From: the human T2T-CHM13v2.0 reference genome, Homo sapiens
NCBI RefSeq assembly: GCF_009914755.1
Contig: NC_060928.1
DNA: 64,000 nucleotides
Strand: one strand, 5' to 3'
A model generated the notes under the pieces. That model was not told where the DNA came from. It ran no database searches and saw nothing but the letters and a program-made list of their open reading frames with translations. Of the stretch, positions 17,047-34,189 are shown piece by piece (the stretch's first letter is position 1; each line of letters starts with the position of its first letter). The position numbers and the translations under genes are program-made.

Positions 17047-18315
17047 TGAAGCAGCCTAGGGTCACTGGAGCAGTCTTGTTGTTTGAAGTATCACCAGGAG
17101 TTCTTTGTCTCAAGACCCAAAAAATTAAGGATCATGAACACCAACGGTAATGTTGGAAGAGAAGTTTAATAAGCGAAAGAGAAAAGCTGTCTACTATGAA
17201 GAGGAAGCATTCACAGTTGAATGCAGACTTTTATATACAAAAATAAAAGTTAATGAGGCAGAGTGTTTCGTGTGCATAAGGCATGAAAAACCGGTTAGGA
17301 ATGGATGTCTTATTTGCATACATACAAATTCTTGTTAGCTCCACCTCTTCCCTCTAGTGTGCATGCAGGTCCTTAGCCTGAGTTACTGCATGTTGTTTTA
17401 TTTTGCTTATTGACTCTGTGTCACTGCGGACGTGTGTGGTTCTGTGTAACTTTCCTTATCTATACAGCTACAGGTCTGTCTTAGGAAAGCACCCTGTGCA
17501 AGTTCCTTTATCTGAGTATGTCAGAAAAGAAAAGGAATGTGCTCACTGAAGACCATCGTGAATAGACAGAGCTCACTGGTTGCACAGAAGACAAAGGCTT
17601 TGGACTTTTCTTCCTTACCTGCGCTTGCAGCTTGATTTCCTCCAGACTGTTATTTTTTGGGGAGGGCTTCTACCAAGAACCTTGTCCTAACTATTTGCCT
17701 AACTGGTTCCTTATTTTCTGTTCTCATTAGTTCTCTCTCCAGACGTCTATCACCTCCATGAGGTCTCAAAACACTGAGTGATCAGCTCTTACATACATTT
17801 GCTAGATGAGCTTTTTAAACTCATTGTGTTGGGGGAGTTCTCTGTTTGGCCACTATACATCGTGAAGGTTTAACACCCCAGACATTCCAAATAGGCCCCT
17901 TTCGCTTGGAGAAGCAAAATGTCCTTTCTCCTCAGTGCTGAGGAGCTCAGTCTCTCATCTCTCACTGATCTACAAAAATAATAGTTCGGCTCCTCATGCA
18001 AATGTGCAGACAAGCCATTTGAGCTTATCTTTGGGAGAAAAGGCAATGGAGAGGACCCTTTAGAATGTACTCCTGAACTATAATTAGGATTCTAAAAGAC
18101 AACTTCCCAGGAGAAAAAAAAAAATCAGAAAAAAACAAGGACTATCAACCAAAGGGAGGTCCAGGGCTCAAGAATACTTACCAGTCCCACTGGAGAAGAA
18201 GCTCAAAATTGGAGAGGCTTTCAGTGGACCTCTGTTGCTACCTTAGCTTCAAGTTCAGGCATGTTTTATGGTGTCCTGAGTTTTCTCTGAGGCCCCACAT
18301 ATTCAAATGTCAAGT
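17047..18315 (-). mobile_element. MER4-group (ERV1) LTR, MER61-like, plus internal leader sequence
   Basis: TGAAGCAGC..GTTCTTTGTCTC..AAATTAAGGA..AAGTTTAATAAGCGAAAGAG motifs resemble the MER51/MER61 group. Subfamily and internal boundaries uncertain. Confidence 0.4.
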
Positions 18316-18977
18316 TGTTATTGATGAAAAGAGTCAAACATTTTAAAATATTTAAAGAGTTTTATTCTGAGCCAAATATGAGTCAATGATGGCCTGTGAC
18401 ATAACACTCAGGAGATCCTAAGAACATTTCCCCGTAGCGCTCAGGCTACAGCTTAGTTTTATGCAATTTAGAGAGACATTAGTCATCAATCAATACAGGT
18501 AAGTTATACATTGACATGGTCTGAATAGGCAGGACAACTGGGAGCAGGGGCTTCCAGGTCATAGGCTAATTCAAGGATTTTCTATTGGCAATTGGTTGAG
18601 TTATATTGTTGTCTAAAGATATAGAATTAATAGACAAGAATGTCTAGGTTAAGATAAGGGGCTGTGAATACCAAGGTTTTATCATGCAGATAAAGCGGTC
18701 AGGCAAAAGGCTTGAGAGAATATAGATTGTAAATGTTTCTTATCAAACGTAATGAGTCTGTTCTATTGTCTTTAAGGTCTGTGTTGATGTTAGTGCTTGT
18801 AAGATTTTCCTGAGTTCAAAAAGGGAGGAGGGTATAATGAGGCATGTCCTATCCCACCACCCCACTTCCCATCATTGTCTGAACCAGTTTTTCAGATTAA
18901 GTTTGAAATGCTCTTTGCTGAGAGTAAGGGTCCATTTAGGTGGTTGGGGATGCTTAAAATTTTATTTTTGGTTTACA
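18316..18977 (-). mobile_element. MER4 LTR (MER4B/D-like)
   Basis: GAAAAGAGTCAAAC..TTTATTCTGAGCCAAATATGAGT..GCTTCCAGGTCATAGG..; ends TTTTATTTTTGGTTTACA, the reverse complement of the MER4 start TGTAAACCAAAAATAAAA. Confidence 0.75.
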
Positions 18978-19995
18978 TCTACATAGAGTTGTTGAATAAT
19001 TAGAACATAATGATAATATTTTACCTAATGTCATTATTAGCCTTCTGCTTATTAACACAGAAACCAAAACCATGTCTTTTCTCCTATACATTTTTTCCCG
19101 TCTCAGATATTATCAGTAAATACAAATTTCAAATTAATTTCTCACATTTACTATTAACAATTTATGTTTTATTCCATAAGGTTGACATGTCTCAGTAACT
19201 AATATACAATTTTTATCATTTTCCCTGTTTCTAAACTCTTATCTTTACATATCACTCTATGTTGAGATGCAAGAATTTCTTGCTAAGGAAAAGCTCGATC
19301 TTGTGACTGTCTTTTAAAACTTGGGTAAGTAATTATTTGCCTATAAATTATCATTCAGACTAATAATTGTTTATTTAAAACTAATTTCTCCTACTTCAAA
19401 CTAACTTTGTTCTGTAACGTCCTGCCCTGAACTTTCTCTGTGATCACTACTCACTGGAATGACTTTTAAATATCCTATACTTTCGTCATGCTTGTATTGA
19501 TTGTGAAATGCTTCCTTTGGCAACAATAAATCCTAATGAAGCTTTCATCTCACCTCCTAAGTCAAATGTCTTACTAAAGCTTTTATTAATTATCAGATAT
19601 TAAAGCAATTGTGCATTTTTCTCCTCTGAAATACTGAACACTTTGCACTTATTATATAGAATTAATGAAAATAGTTACCCAAAGTCTCCAAGTGTATTCC
19701 CAGTAATTCTTTGTATTGTCCTTGTGAGCAAAGGATGTGAAACATGAGTTCTTCTAAACCATCTGACACCTTGGATTTAGTGTGGAATGAATGTAAATGT
19801 GGTTGTGTGCATATGTTTCTGCACATGAATTATTAAATCTAAAGAATTTTAAAAAATTTCTTTATCATCAATCCAGATAATAAAAGTATCTTTATGTGTT
19901 TTATTTCTAAGCTCTAGAAGGTTGGAACAAATTTTCCCTGATACATGGCAACATTGCATTTCTTTTTGATATCTTCAATAAATGTGAAGCTGGCA

Positions 19996-20122
19996 ACCAA
20001 CCAATGAACTTTATTTACACTTAAAATATTAATTTTTAACTTCTGTGATTATATTGTCATTTCAATTTCATGCTTAGTAACTACAAAGCTATTGCAGATC
20101 AGTGTGTGAGGGAAATGTCATC
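19996..20122 (+). promoter_or_regulatory. Retained UGT2A3-like proximal promoter and 5' UTR
   Basis: CCAAT (~20001), forkhead-like TATTTAC (20012-20018), HNF1-like ATTAATTTTTAAC (20028-20040), and ATTGCAGATCAGTGTGTGAGGGAA..CATCATG resembling the UGT2A3 5' UTR. Motif matches only. Confidence 0.45.
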
Positions 20123-20835
20123 ATGAGGCCCGAGAAGTCAGCTTTGGTATTTCGGCTCCTGCAACTCTTCTGTGCTAGTTGTGAATTCTGTGAGAAGGTC
20201 CTGGTGTGGCCCTGTGACATGAGCCATTGGTTTAATGTCAAGGTCATTCTAGAGGAGATCATAGTGAGGGGCCATGAGGTAACAGTATTGACTCACTCAA
20301 AGTCTTTGTTAATTGATTACAGGAAGCCTTCTGCACTGAAATTTGAGGTGGTCCATATGCCACAGGATAAAACAGAAGAAAATGAAATATTTGTTGACCT
20401 AGCTCTGAATGTCTTGCCAGGCTTACCAACCTGGCAATCAGTTATAAAATTAAATGTTTTTTTGTTGAAATAAGAGGAACTTTAAAAATAATGTGTCAGA
20501 GCGTTATCTACAATCAAACACTTATGAAGAAGCTACAGGAAACCAACTACGATGTAACGCTTATAGACCCTGTGATTCCCCGTGGAGACCTGATGGCTGA
20601 GTTGCTTCCAGTCCCTTTTGTGCTCACACCTAGAACTTCTCTAAGAGGCAATATGGAGTGAAGCTGTGGGAAACTTCCAGCTCCACTTTCCTATGTACCT
20701 GTGCCTATGACAGGACTAACAGACAGAATGACCTTTCAGGAAAGATTAAAAATCCAATGCTTTCAGTTTTCTTCCACTTCTGGATTCAGGATTATGACCA
20801 TCATTTTTGGGAAGAGTGTTAGAGTAAGGCATCAG
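20123..20835 (+). pseudogene. UGT2A3-like exon 1 pseudogene (isolated first exon)
   Basis: [70 protein letters not shown] matches UGT2A3. Lesions: 1-bp deletion ~20457, TGA at 20659-20661, 1-bp deletion ~20752, TAG near the end. Donor AG|GTAAG intact at 20835/20836. No UGT2A3 exons 2-6 found downstream. Confidence 0.92.
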
Positions 20836-21742
20836 GTAAGAGATTCTTATTTTATTTTTAATTTAATTATCAAAATAAATATTTTTTAAAATTGCCATAC
20901 ATCGTCTATGACACATATATGCAGGTTAATGAGTTTTTATTATAGAAAATGTTATAGCTGTTCTTCATAAAGAAAGTAGATTTGTTCTAAGTGTAAGGTA
21001 ACCTACTTCCTTAATACCAGTAATAAACTTACAAATGATCATCATTAACAAGGAGATTATATTTTGTATTTCCTCCAAATAGCCCAAATCTACATCGCAT
21101 ATTTTTGAGAATCATTGATTGTTATTTTGACTGTTATACCATTTCTATTGAAACAAGATGCTAATCATTCTTTTCTCTCTCATCAAAAATTTCAAAAAAA
21201 AATCTTCAGAAAGTCCTCTTTGAATTATTTTCACAGAGGTGGTTAAATTGAAACATTTTCTAGAATTCTCTAATTTCTTAGTTGATTACTTCACAAAAAC
21301 TTGAAAAATATTACAAAAAGTTAAATGACTTATGGTCTTGTGGCGCATGAGATACAATTTTTACTTTACTGATATATATCTATTTGACTTATTTTTATTT
21401 CTTTGCTTTACTGATAAAAATTGTTTTACTTTGCAGTTTTCATACACCGTTGTGATCAGAGCTGGTAAATGCAAGACATGATTTTAATCCAAAAATGTTT
21501 GAGAAATATGTAGAAACATGAACAAAGGAACAGTCATAATAGACACTAAATTATTGTTTAAAGTATTCCACTGAATTCTAATACATAGATTGTTTCACAG
21601 AACTAATATTCAGAGGATCCCACTTCAAATGTCCTTAGCCTTAGACATGTTTTGAAATTACATGTATTGATTTCCTCTAATTAATTTTGTATTCAGTAAG
21701 CTCTGCCTAGCTTAACATTTTATTTCCATAAGTTGTTATGCA

Positions 21743-21811
21743 TAGGCATATTTCATTTTATTATCCTTTGCTTTATTGTGCATCACAGAAATTGCAATTT
21801 ACAATTTAAAG

Positions 21812-21814
<3 letters not shown>
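21743..21814 (+). mobile_element. Tigger1 5' end (~70 bp), cut off by L1PA
   Basis: TAGGCATATTTCATTTTATT..TTTGCTTTATTGTGCATCACAGA..TTACAATTTAAAGTTT parallels the Tigger1 start at 12353. Confidence 0.6.
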
Positions 21815-25628
<3,814 letters not shown>

Positions 25629-25679
25629 ATTTAAAAAAAAATATTACCCAATAGGCTATACAGCGATGCCAATACATAA

Positions 25680-25895
25680 TGCCAAGTTGCAAGGCATGGA
25701 TAATGGGAGAATGTGAGATGACTCTCTAATGGGTATAAAGCTTCCTTTTGAAGTGAAGAAAACCACTTTGGATCTAGATAGTGGTGGTAGTGGCACGACA
25801 TTTCAAATGTGTTACATGCCAATGAATCATACAGATTAAATGCTTAAAGTGTATAATTTTGTGGTGTGAAATTCATATATCCGTTATTTTTTTTT
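25680..25895 (+). mobile_element. Old L1M (L1MB/MC-type) 3' UTR end
   Basis: CTAATGGGTAT..TTCCTTTTGAAGTGA.GAAAA..CTAGATAGTGGTG..; recalled L1MB/MC 3' motif. Confidence 0.55.
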
Positions 25896-26189
25896 TAAAC
25901 AATTACCTGACCAGATGTGATCGACCAAGAGGCCATAGTTTGTCAGCCCTTGGTTTATGCTCCAAGTTTAATTCCCACATGCTTGAAATAGTAAATGTGG
26001 GCATTTCTATCATTTGCATTAGAAACTTAGCATGTTTTGAAACTATAATGTATTATGCAATTATGTGAACACTAAAATTATTATTGTGGAAATTTTTTGA
26101 CTTGTTTAATGATAATAGTACAAATTTTATTTTGCTGTACACACAATTGTTAGTACTTTGCAATATTAATTAATTTGTTCTTTAAATAA

Positions 26190-26360
26190 CGCATGATATT
26201 GATAATGTGATGACAACTATTGCCATTTCATTGGTGAGGAAGCTGAGTCAAATAAAGTTCAAGTAACTTGTCCAGTCCCACATCATTATATAGTGGTTTC
26301 TAAGACTTGAATCAAGGCCATCTGGATCCAGAGTGCCAGCTCTTAACCACCAGGTTATAT
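26190..26360 (-). mobile_element. MIR fragment
   Basis: GGTGAGGAAGCTGAG..AAGTAACTTGTCCA..TCTGGATCCAGAG..CTCTTAACCAC core motifs. Confidence 0.6.
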
Positions 26361-29300
26361 TGACTTTCCTATTTGGGGTACAGATATTTTCCAAGTGTAG
26401 TATCACAGTTTCCCATTATGTAGATATATATTAATTGTAATTTTATTACAAATGTATAATTTAAAATATGTAGAATTATTATTCCAGGTGTGTATCACTG
26501 CATAACAAATAGTTTTCAAATGTAGGGCCTTAAAACAACTGTAATCATTTTATTATCATGTCTCAGAATCTGTGTGTTAGGTGGGCTCAATTATGTGTTC
26601 CTTCACAGAGTTTCTTAGGTAGCTACTTTTCTGTGGTGCCCGGGTCAATAATTATCTGAAGATCATTCACTTACATACTTAGAGATTCATGTTGAAAGGC
26701 TCCAAGTGCTAGTGGGCTACCAGGATTCCTTAGGCATATATTAGTGTCTCTCTACAAATTGTCATTTATTATGGGGAATACAGGTTGAGTTATTTAGTAA
26801 TAGTGAGCGAAAAGAAAAGACATGAAAAGAAGAAACAGAAAGAGCGAAAGAGAAACAGAGAATATGCTGTGTTTCCAGCAGTGCTTTGAAAGTTTAGCTG
26901 CATTATTTTCATTACATTCTTTTTGTTGAGACAGTTACAAAGTTTGCCAAACTTCAAAGGGAGGGAATATTAATTGATAGGAAAATTGTCAGTGTATTTA
27001 TAGTCATGTCTCAAAATAACAACAAATATAACCCTTTGAAGAAGGCAGCAGAAGTTATTAAACTATTGTAAAATTCATAAAATATTAAAAATGGTACAAG
27101 AAAAAATATTAAAATTACATGAATTTAGGTTTCTACAATTATTGCCATTTTTAAACATTGTTATATTTATTCATACATATTTTCAAAAATAGAACAAATG
27201 TCCTAAAAACAAGCTGCAAGTGGATAAAATAATATATGAGAAACATTGTCAAGTTTTTTGAATGACACTAGCGAATTAATAATGTGATGCCACATTTTGA
27301 AACTTCCTGTCTTAAATGGATGTGTTTATTTCACAAATTAAACTTTAAATATCATAATTAATACATGAAAGCTTTCTGGAAAGTTAAACATTGCAGAATT
27401 ATATAGAATAAAAATTTAAATTCTCATCCTTGTAATTACATGTGTTTTTCGAGATTCTTTCTTCTTTGTACCAGTTTGCATATATTTTATTTCATTGCAA
27501 AAAATACTTTTTTGTTTTTCTGGAAACTACTTTTTCTGTTTAGCAATGTGATAGTCAGCCTGTTTTCTGCAATGGCTCCCCTCATACATTTGTTGGAGGT
27601 ACATGTGTTCAGTGGCTGAAAGCCATTTAAGTGCTGGAGGAATCATTCTGTTCATACATGTGCTGATGTGCATGGATTTTTCATAACAGATTCCTAAATG
27701 TAGAACTTCAGTTTCAAACGGCATATTTAAATTTTATTATAAGGGTTATTTCAAATTATACTCCCTCAAAATAGATTTCTCAGGTTTTTATAGGGTGCAA
27801 ATCTTCTGTATGACATCAATTTGTTGGCATTAATTCTATTTTACTGAGCCTCAGTAACTTTTTAATCTTTTATGTCTTATGGGCCATTTTTACTTTGAAT
27901 TGCTTCTTCATATTTTAATCACTTTTTAATTAGATTGTTTGTCAGTTTTGGTTAGTGATTTGTAGTTCTCACTGAACAATGGATACTAATCTTTTGTTAT
28001 GTGTGTTATAGGATAGGTTTTATGTGAATTAATTCAGATTTATAAGCATGATAAAACAACATTATTAATCTTTGGCACTATATAAGTTCTGTGTTTCTTT
28101 ATATCTGCATTAATTCCTAGATGATTTGTATAAAATTTTCTATAATCTCTCTATCTCATCAATGTTTTTGAGTGTGTGTGTATATGTATATTACATGATT
28201 TATCTATGTCTATATAATTATAAAGATACATATATGTATATATATATGTTTTTAATCAGACCTTATGCTGTAGAATATTTTTGTGAGAAGTGATTAATGG
28301 CAAGACTTTTTAGTGACAAAGACAACTGGGTTTCTGTTAATCTGGACTAGTTTGATCATAAAGCGCTTCCCTGATGTGTAGATTAAAGGATATTTATGGC
28401 TTGATTTAGCTATTTTCCACAAAATTTATAAACTTTTTGTATCCTTTGTATATATTTTTTGGCTTACTAAAAATTTATGTTTCCATATTACATTTTTAGG
28501 AGCGATGAATCAAAAATCTCTGTGGAAAATAAAAAAATAGATATGATCATTTAAAGTACAGTTATGTATAATAATAATAATTATTTCAAGCTGTCTTCAA
28601 AATACACATTGAATTTCACCACACACCTATTAGCTAGTTAATTGATGCTGTGTCTTGTTTTAAAAGAAACGGACATATATGTGTACCTGTGTATTTAGCA
28701 AGATTGAAAAGTCACTAAGTCCCTTTAGAGTGTAATTTCTATATTATCACAACCTAAAATAAAGGACTTACATTTCTTACTAAAAGTCAAATATGATAAT
28801 AAAACCCATATCAAATTTAGGATTTTTTTTCTAGTTCTCTTAAGCATGATGATGGTGTTTTGATGAGAATTGAATTGGATTTATAGATTTCTTATGGCAA
28901 TATGCTCATTTTCACAAAATTGATTCTCCCCATCCATGAGCATGGGATGTATTTCCATTTGTTTGTGTCATCTATGACCTTTTTCAGCAGTGTTTAGCAG
29001 TTTTCTTTGTAGAGGTCTTTCACCTTCTTGGTTAGGTATATTCCTTAGTAATTTGTTTTTTCTTTTTTTTTTTTGCAACTATTTTCAAAATGGATGAGTT
29101 TTTTATTTGATTCTCAGCTTTGAAACCTGCATAGCCAAAGAAAGACTAAGAAAAAGAACAAACCTACAGGCATCACATTACCCAACGTATTACAAGGCAT
29201 ATTGCAAGTTACCAAAACAACATGGTATCAGTATAAAAACAGGCATATCAATCAATGGAACAGAAGAGAGCTTCCAGAAATAAAGACAAATACTTACAGC

Positions 29301-30272
29301 CCAATGAACTTTGACAAAGCAAACAGAAACATAAAGTGGGGAAATGACATCCTATTCAACAAATGGGGCTAGAATGATTGGCAGTCCCCATGTAGAAGAA
29401 TGAAACTGCATCTTTGTCTCTCCCTTATAAAAAGCCAACTCAAGATGGATCAAATAATGAAATCTAAGACCTGAAACAATAAAAAATTCTAGAATGTAAC
29501 ATTGGAAAAACTCTTCTAGACATTAGGTTAGGTAAAAACCTCATGACCAAAAATCCAAAAGCAAACACAGCTAAAACAAAGATAAATAGTTGTGATTTAA
29601 TTAAACTAAAAGCTTCTGCCAGGAAAAGAAATAATCATCTGTGTAAACAGACAACTCACAGAATAGTGGAAAATATTCATGAACTATGCATCTGACAAAG
29701 GGCTAACGTCCAGAATCTTCAAATGGCAAAAAAAAAAAAAAAAAAAAAAAAATCCACAAGAGATAAATAACCCCCAAAAATTAGGCTAAGGTAATAAATA
29801 GACAATTCTTAAAAGAAGATATATAAATGGCCAACATATATGAAAAAATGCTCAACTTCACTAATTATCAGGAAAATGCAAATCAAAACCACAATGCAAT
29901 ACCAGTATACTCCTGCAAGAATGGATATAATTTAAAAATCCAAAAATAATGAAATACTGGCATGAATATGGTAAAGAGGGGACACTTTTATGCTGCTATG
30001 GGAATGTAAACTAGTACAACTACTATGGAAAACCATATGAAGATTTCTATAAGAAATTACAGTAGAAGTACAATTTGATACACCTATCACTCTACTGTGT
30101 ATCTTCCCAGAGGAAAGAAAATTTTTGTATGAAAAAGACCCCCACACATACATGTTTGCAACAGCACTATTTGCAATTAAAAAAAAAGGAATGGAACAAG
30201 CCTAAATGCCCATCAACCAACCAATAAGTGGATAAAGAAAATGTGGTATACATACATACACACACACACAGA

Positions 30273-30806
30273 TGTTGCAGGAAGTCAGGGACCCAAATGG
30301 AGGGACTGGCTGAAGCTGAGGCAGAGGAACATAAATTGTGAAGATTTCATTTTAATATGGACCGGTTCTCTGCTCTCGAACCCTGTTTTCTGTTGTTTAA
30401 AATGTTTATCAAGACAATACATGCACCACTGAACATAGACCCTTATCAGTAGTTCTGCTTTTGCCGTTTGCCTTGTGATCTCTGTTGGACCCTTATCAGT
30501 AGTTCTGCTTTGCCCTTTGTCCTGTTCCCTCAGAAGCATGTGATCTTTGTTCTGTCTTTTGCCCTTTGAAGCATGTGATCTTTGTACTTACTCCCTGTTC
30601 ATATACCCCCTCCCCTTTTGAAACCCTTAAACAAAAACTTACTGGTGTGTGGGCATCACGGTCCTAGCAATATGTGATATCACCCCCGGCAGCCCAGCTG
30701 TAAAATTCCTCTCTTTGTACTCTTTCTCTTTATTTCTCAGCCATCCAACACTTATGGAAAATAGAAAGAACCTACATTGAAATATTGGGGGTGGGTTCCC
30801 CCAATA
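30273..30806 (+). repeat. 5' LTR (MER11), 534 bp, internally deleted
   Basis: Aligns to the 3' LTR at both ends but lacks ~532 bp of it. Confidence 0.88.
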
Positions 30807-30962
30807 GTTGGCACACCAACATAGTTTTCTTTTTCCTAACTGCATGTGGGAAGCTGATTCCCTTTGGTAGATGAGGAGAAACGTTCATCTCTCTGGTCCA
30901 CAGAAATGCTTGTTCAGCTCCCTGACAATTGGTGAGTTGTCTGAGTATTGTCTGGGGCAACT

Positions 30963-33000
30963 ATGGGTCACATGGAGTCTAAACATTATGCTTATTTCTG
31001 CTATATTAAACTCTTGTTAAAACAGGGAGGAGTTTGAGTGCCCATGGAAAATATGGTCACCATATTCAGGGCAGTGGAGGAATACAGTCCTTGTTTTCCT
31101 GAAAAGCGAACATTAGATGTGGAACTATGGGATCATGTTGGTGCAAAATTCCAGGAACTGGTCCTGACGGGAAATTATGTTCCCATCACTGTTTGGGGTG
31201 ATTGGACCTTGGTACGTGCTGTCCTAATGACATACCAATCCTGTGACCCCCTGCAGTTACCACAGTTTTCTGAATCTGGTGACCCTCTACCTCTTCCTCA
31301 GCTTTTCTCTCCCACTTGGCATTCGTTATCTGCTCAGCCTCTTCCCTTGCCTACTTTTCCTCCACCTGATGATGTTGAGGATTCAATATCTAACTCCGGT
31401 GACTTTGGCTTAACGTTCCCCCTGATGATCTTATTTCTTTTCATGAAGAGCCAGTATTTGTAGCTCCCACAGCCCCGACTTGGACAGCCTGGGACCATAT
31501 CTACACTAACTCTTCCCTCTCCAACTCTTTGCAGTCTTAGCCTCCAGAGCCATCTAATCACTCTAGGACCAAACCACAATTTACCTGTAATTCTGCAAGT
31601 CCTCCCCCATCCACTGCAGCCCCTCACCCTCCTGTAATTTTGGTCCCTCAACCGGTCACTTTGCCATCCACTCAACCTGCTTCTCTGTACCCTTCTTCAC
31701 ACGTGGATGCCCCTGCCACTCTGGTTGCACAGGATTGGGCCAATAATCACCAGTATGTTTCTGCCTCTTCTGCTCCCCCAATGCCTCTTTCTCACACTCT
31801 TATACCAGTCCGACCTCCTCAACCTCAGTTTGCCTTGTCTACACATACTTTTTCTGTCACTTATATGCCAACTCCATCTCATGTGCCTGTTCTTGAAACT
31901 TTCATGCAATGCTTATTACTCCAGAATAAAGAAACAAGTGGATTAGAGGCGTGGGCTTATCCAGTTGTGCTGGAATCTCCTAATGCTCAAGGGGTACAAG
32001 TGTGTCGATATGTGCCACTCAATCTTACCTTTTTAAAAGAATTCAAGGATGCTTGTACTCAGTATGCTCCTACTTCTACATATGTTAAAATGGTATTACA
32101 GACTCTTTGTACTGAGGTCATTTTGCTTCCTTTAGACTGGGACTTCTTGGCAAAAGCTGTTCTAACTCCATCTCAGCATTTACAATTCCATACCTGGTGG
32201 TCAGAGGAGGCCTGTCTACAGGCTCAGCTAAATCAGGCTGATGGCATTCTAATTACTCAGGCTCATTTCACAGGCTCCAGTAATTACTCTGACACTACCA
32301 CCCAATTAGGCTTTGATGCTCTCACCATGGAACAAGTAACAAAGGTGTGTATGAGAGCTTGGGATAAATTTCACACCCTAAGCCAAGCTCCTGTTTCTTT
32401 TACTACTGTTAAACAGGGTCACAATGAATTTCATCCTGATTTTTTGGCTAAATAACAAGACGCTGTTCAAAAATCTGTCTCTGATGATCACGCTCGAGGT
32501 ATTCTCCTTCAAATGTTAGCTTTTGAGAATGTGAACCGTGAGTGTATAATGGCCATGCATTCCATCCAATGAGAAAATTTACCTGATCATGAGGTGTTGC
32601 CTGCATATATTAAAGCTTGTGAAGGCATTGGATCAGAGACCCACAAAGCTATTCTGTGGGCACGGGCCATGAAGGACGGCAACTAAACTGGCTTGACTGA
32701 TTCTTTTCTTGGAGCCTGCTATAATCGTGGTCAACTTGTTCATACTCAAAAAATTTGCAGTGTTTAAAACTTAAAAGCTACCATGCCAGCTCAACAAACA
32801 TGGCCAAAAGCTCCTGCTAGTGTTTGCCCTCATTGTCATAAAGGTAAACATTGGGCAAGTACTTGCCACTCTAAGTCTGATACAGATGGAAATCCCTTGC
32901 CACAGAATCAGGGAAATGGGAAGCAGGGCTAGTCCCAGGCCCCAATATCAAATGGCACACCTCAGACTCAGACCAATGTTGCATTTCCAATTGAAGCGGT
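30963..33000 (+). pseudogene. HML-type gag relic
   Basis: ATG at 30963 (MGHMESKH..); ORFs 31038-31463 and 31640-32455 (LKEFKDACTQY, VKQGHNEFHPDFLAK = MHR start); zinc knuckles CYN.GQL.H...C and [14 protein letters not shown]; several stops. Confidence 0.8.
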
Positions 33001-33084
33001 CCTAACGCAGCCCCCAGTACAAACAAATTTACCTACAGCAAACCCAGATGGGTCCCAGCCTCTTCTTCTGTCACAGTACACTGC

Positions 33085-33900
33085 TTGTCTACCTCCACAG
33101 TAGGGGGCAGGGTGGTTGATCTCCATAGTACCATTCCTCTAAATTTACTACCTAATTCTTGTCTTTTAATTGTCCCCACAGGGGTCACTGGCCCTTTACC
33201 TCAAGGTTCCATGGGCCTGGTGTTAGGTAGGACATCCACCTCTGCTAAAGGTATCATAGTTCCTACTGGTCTCATTAATTCTGATTCCTCTGATGAGATT
33301 AAACTTATGGTGTCTGCCAAGGTTCCTGTTTCCATTCCAGTTGGTGAGTCAATTGCTCAATTACTTTTATTACCTAATATTGTTTTAAACAAAGGAGATA
33401 AGACAGGGGGCTCTGGGATAGGCTCCAACAGTGAAAAAGCCGCTTATTGGATTAATGTAATTTCTAAACAATGGCCCACCTGCACCATACACATTCAAGG
33501 AAAAAGGTTTGAGGGCATAGTGGATGCTGGGGCTGATGTTTCTATTATTTCCTCTAATGTATGGCCTTCCTTCTGGCTTAAACATCCCACTAACATGGGA
33601 TAAGTAGGGGTTGGAAAAGCTGATGAAGTTCACCAGAGCACATTTATCTTGCCTTGCACTGGCCCTGATGGTCAAAAGGTACAATTCAGCCTTATATCAC
33701 ACCAATCCCCATTAATCTTTGAGGCAGAGATTAGCTGGCACAATGGGGGGCTGCAATTAATATTCCACATAGCTCTTATAGTGTTCCCAGTCTATATATA
33801 ATGGAAAACATGACGTTTGTTCCTGGAATCGGTCTCGGTCCAAAACATGAAGGAATTACTAAACCTCTTCAAGTCACTATAAAAAAAGACAAGGCTGGTT
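33085..33900 (+). pseudogene. HML-type pro relic (dUTPase, aspartic protease, G-patch)
   Basis: VPTGVTGPLPQGSMGLVLGRTS..GLINSD..GESIAQLLLLP (dUTPase); FEGIVDAGADVSII (protease, DTG changed to DAG); IMENMTFVPGIGLGPKHEGI (G-patch). Confidence 0.85.
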
Positions 33901-34189
33901 TTAAATCATAATTCAACCACTCCTCATGCTCAATTACATTGAGCATTGTTTACTTTAAACTTTCTAAATGTTCCTAAAGTCAATACCCTGACTATAGCTG
34001 AACACCATTATACAGGCAAAAAATTCTCCCTAAATGAAAGCAAGCCAGTGTTATGGAAAAACTCCCAGATCAATACCTGGGAATCTGGAACAATTATAAC
34101 ATGGGGAAGAGGATATGCTTTTGTTTCACCAGGAGATCATCAGTCACCGATCTGATTGCCCACTAGAAGACTTCGTGTGAATACTGACA

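Noticed and set aside
20102-20473. 123-aa ORF as a functional truncated UGT2A3
   Set aside because: The true ATG is at 20123; the ORF ends because of a frameshift, further stops follow, and there are no cofactor-binding exons.
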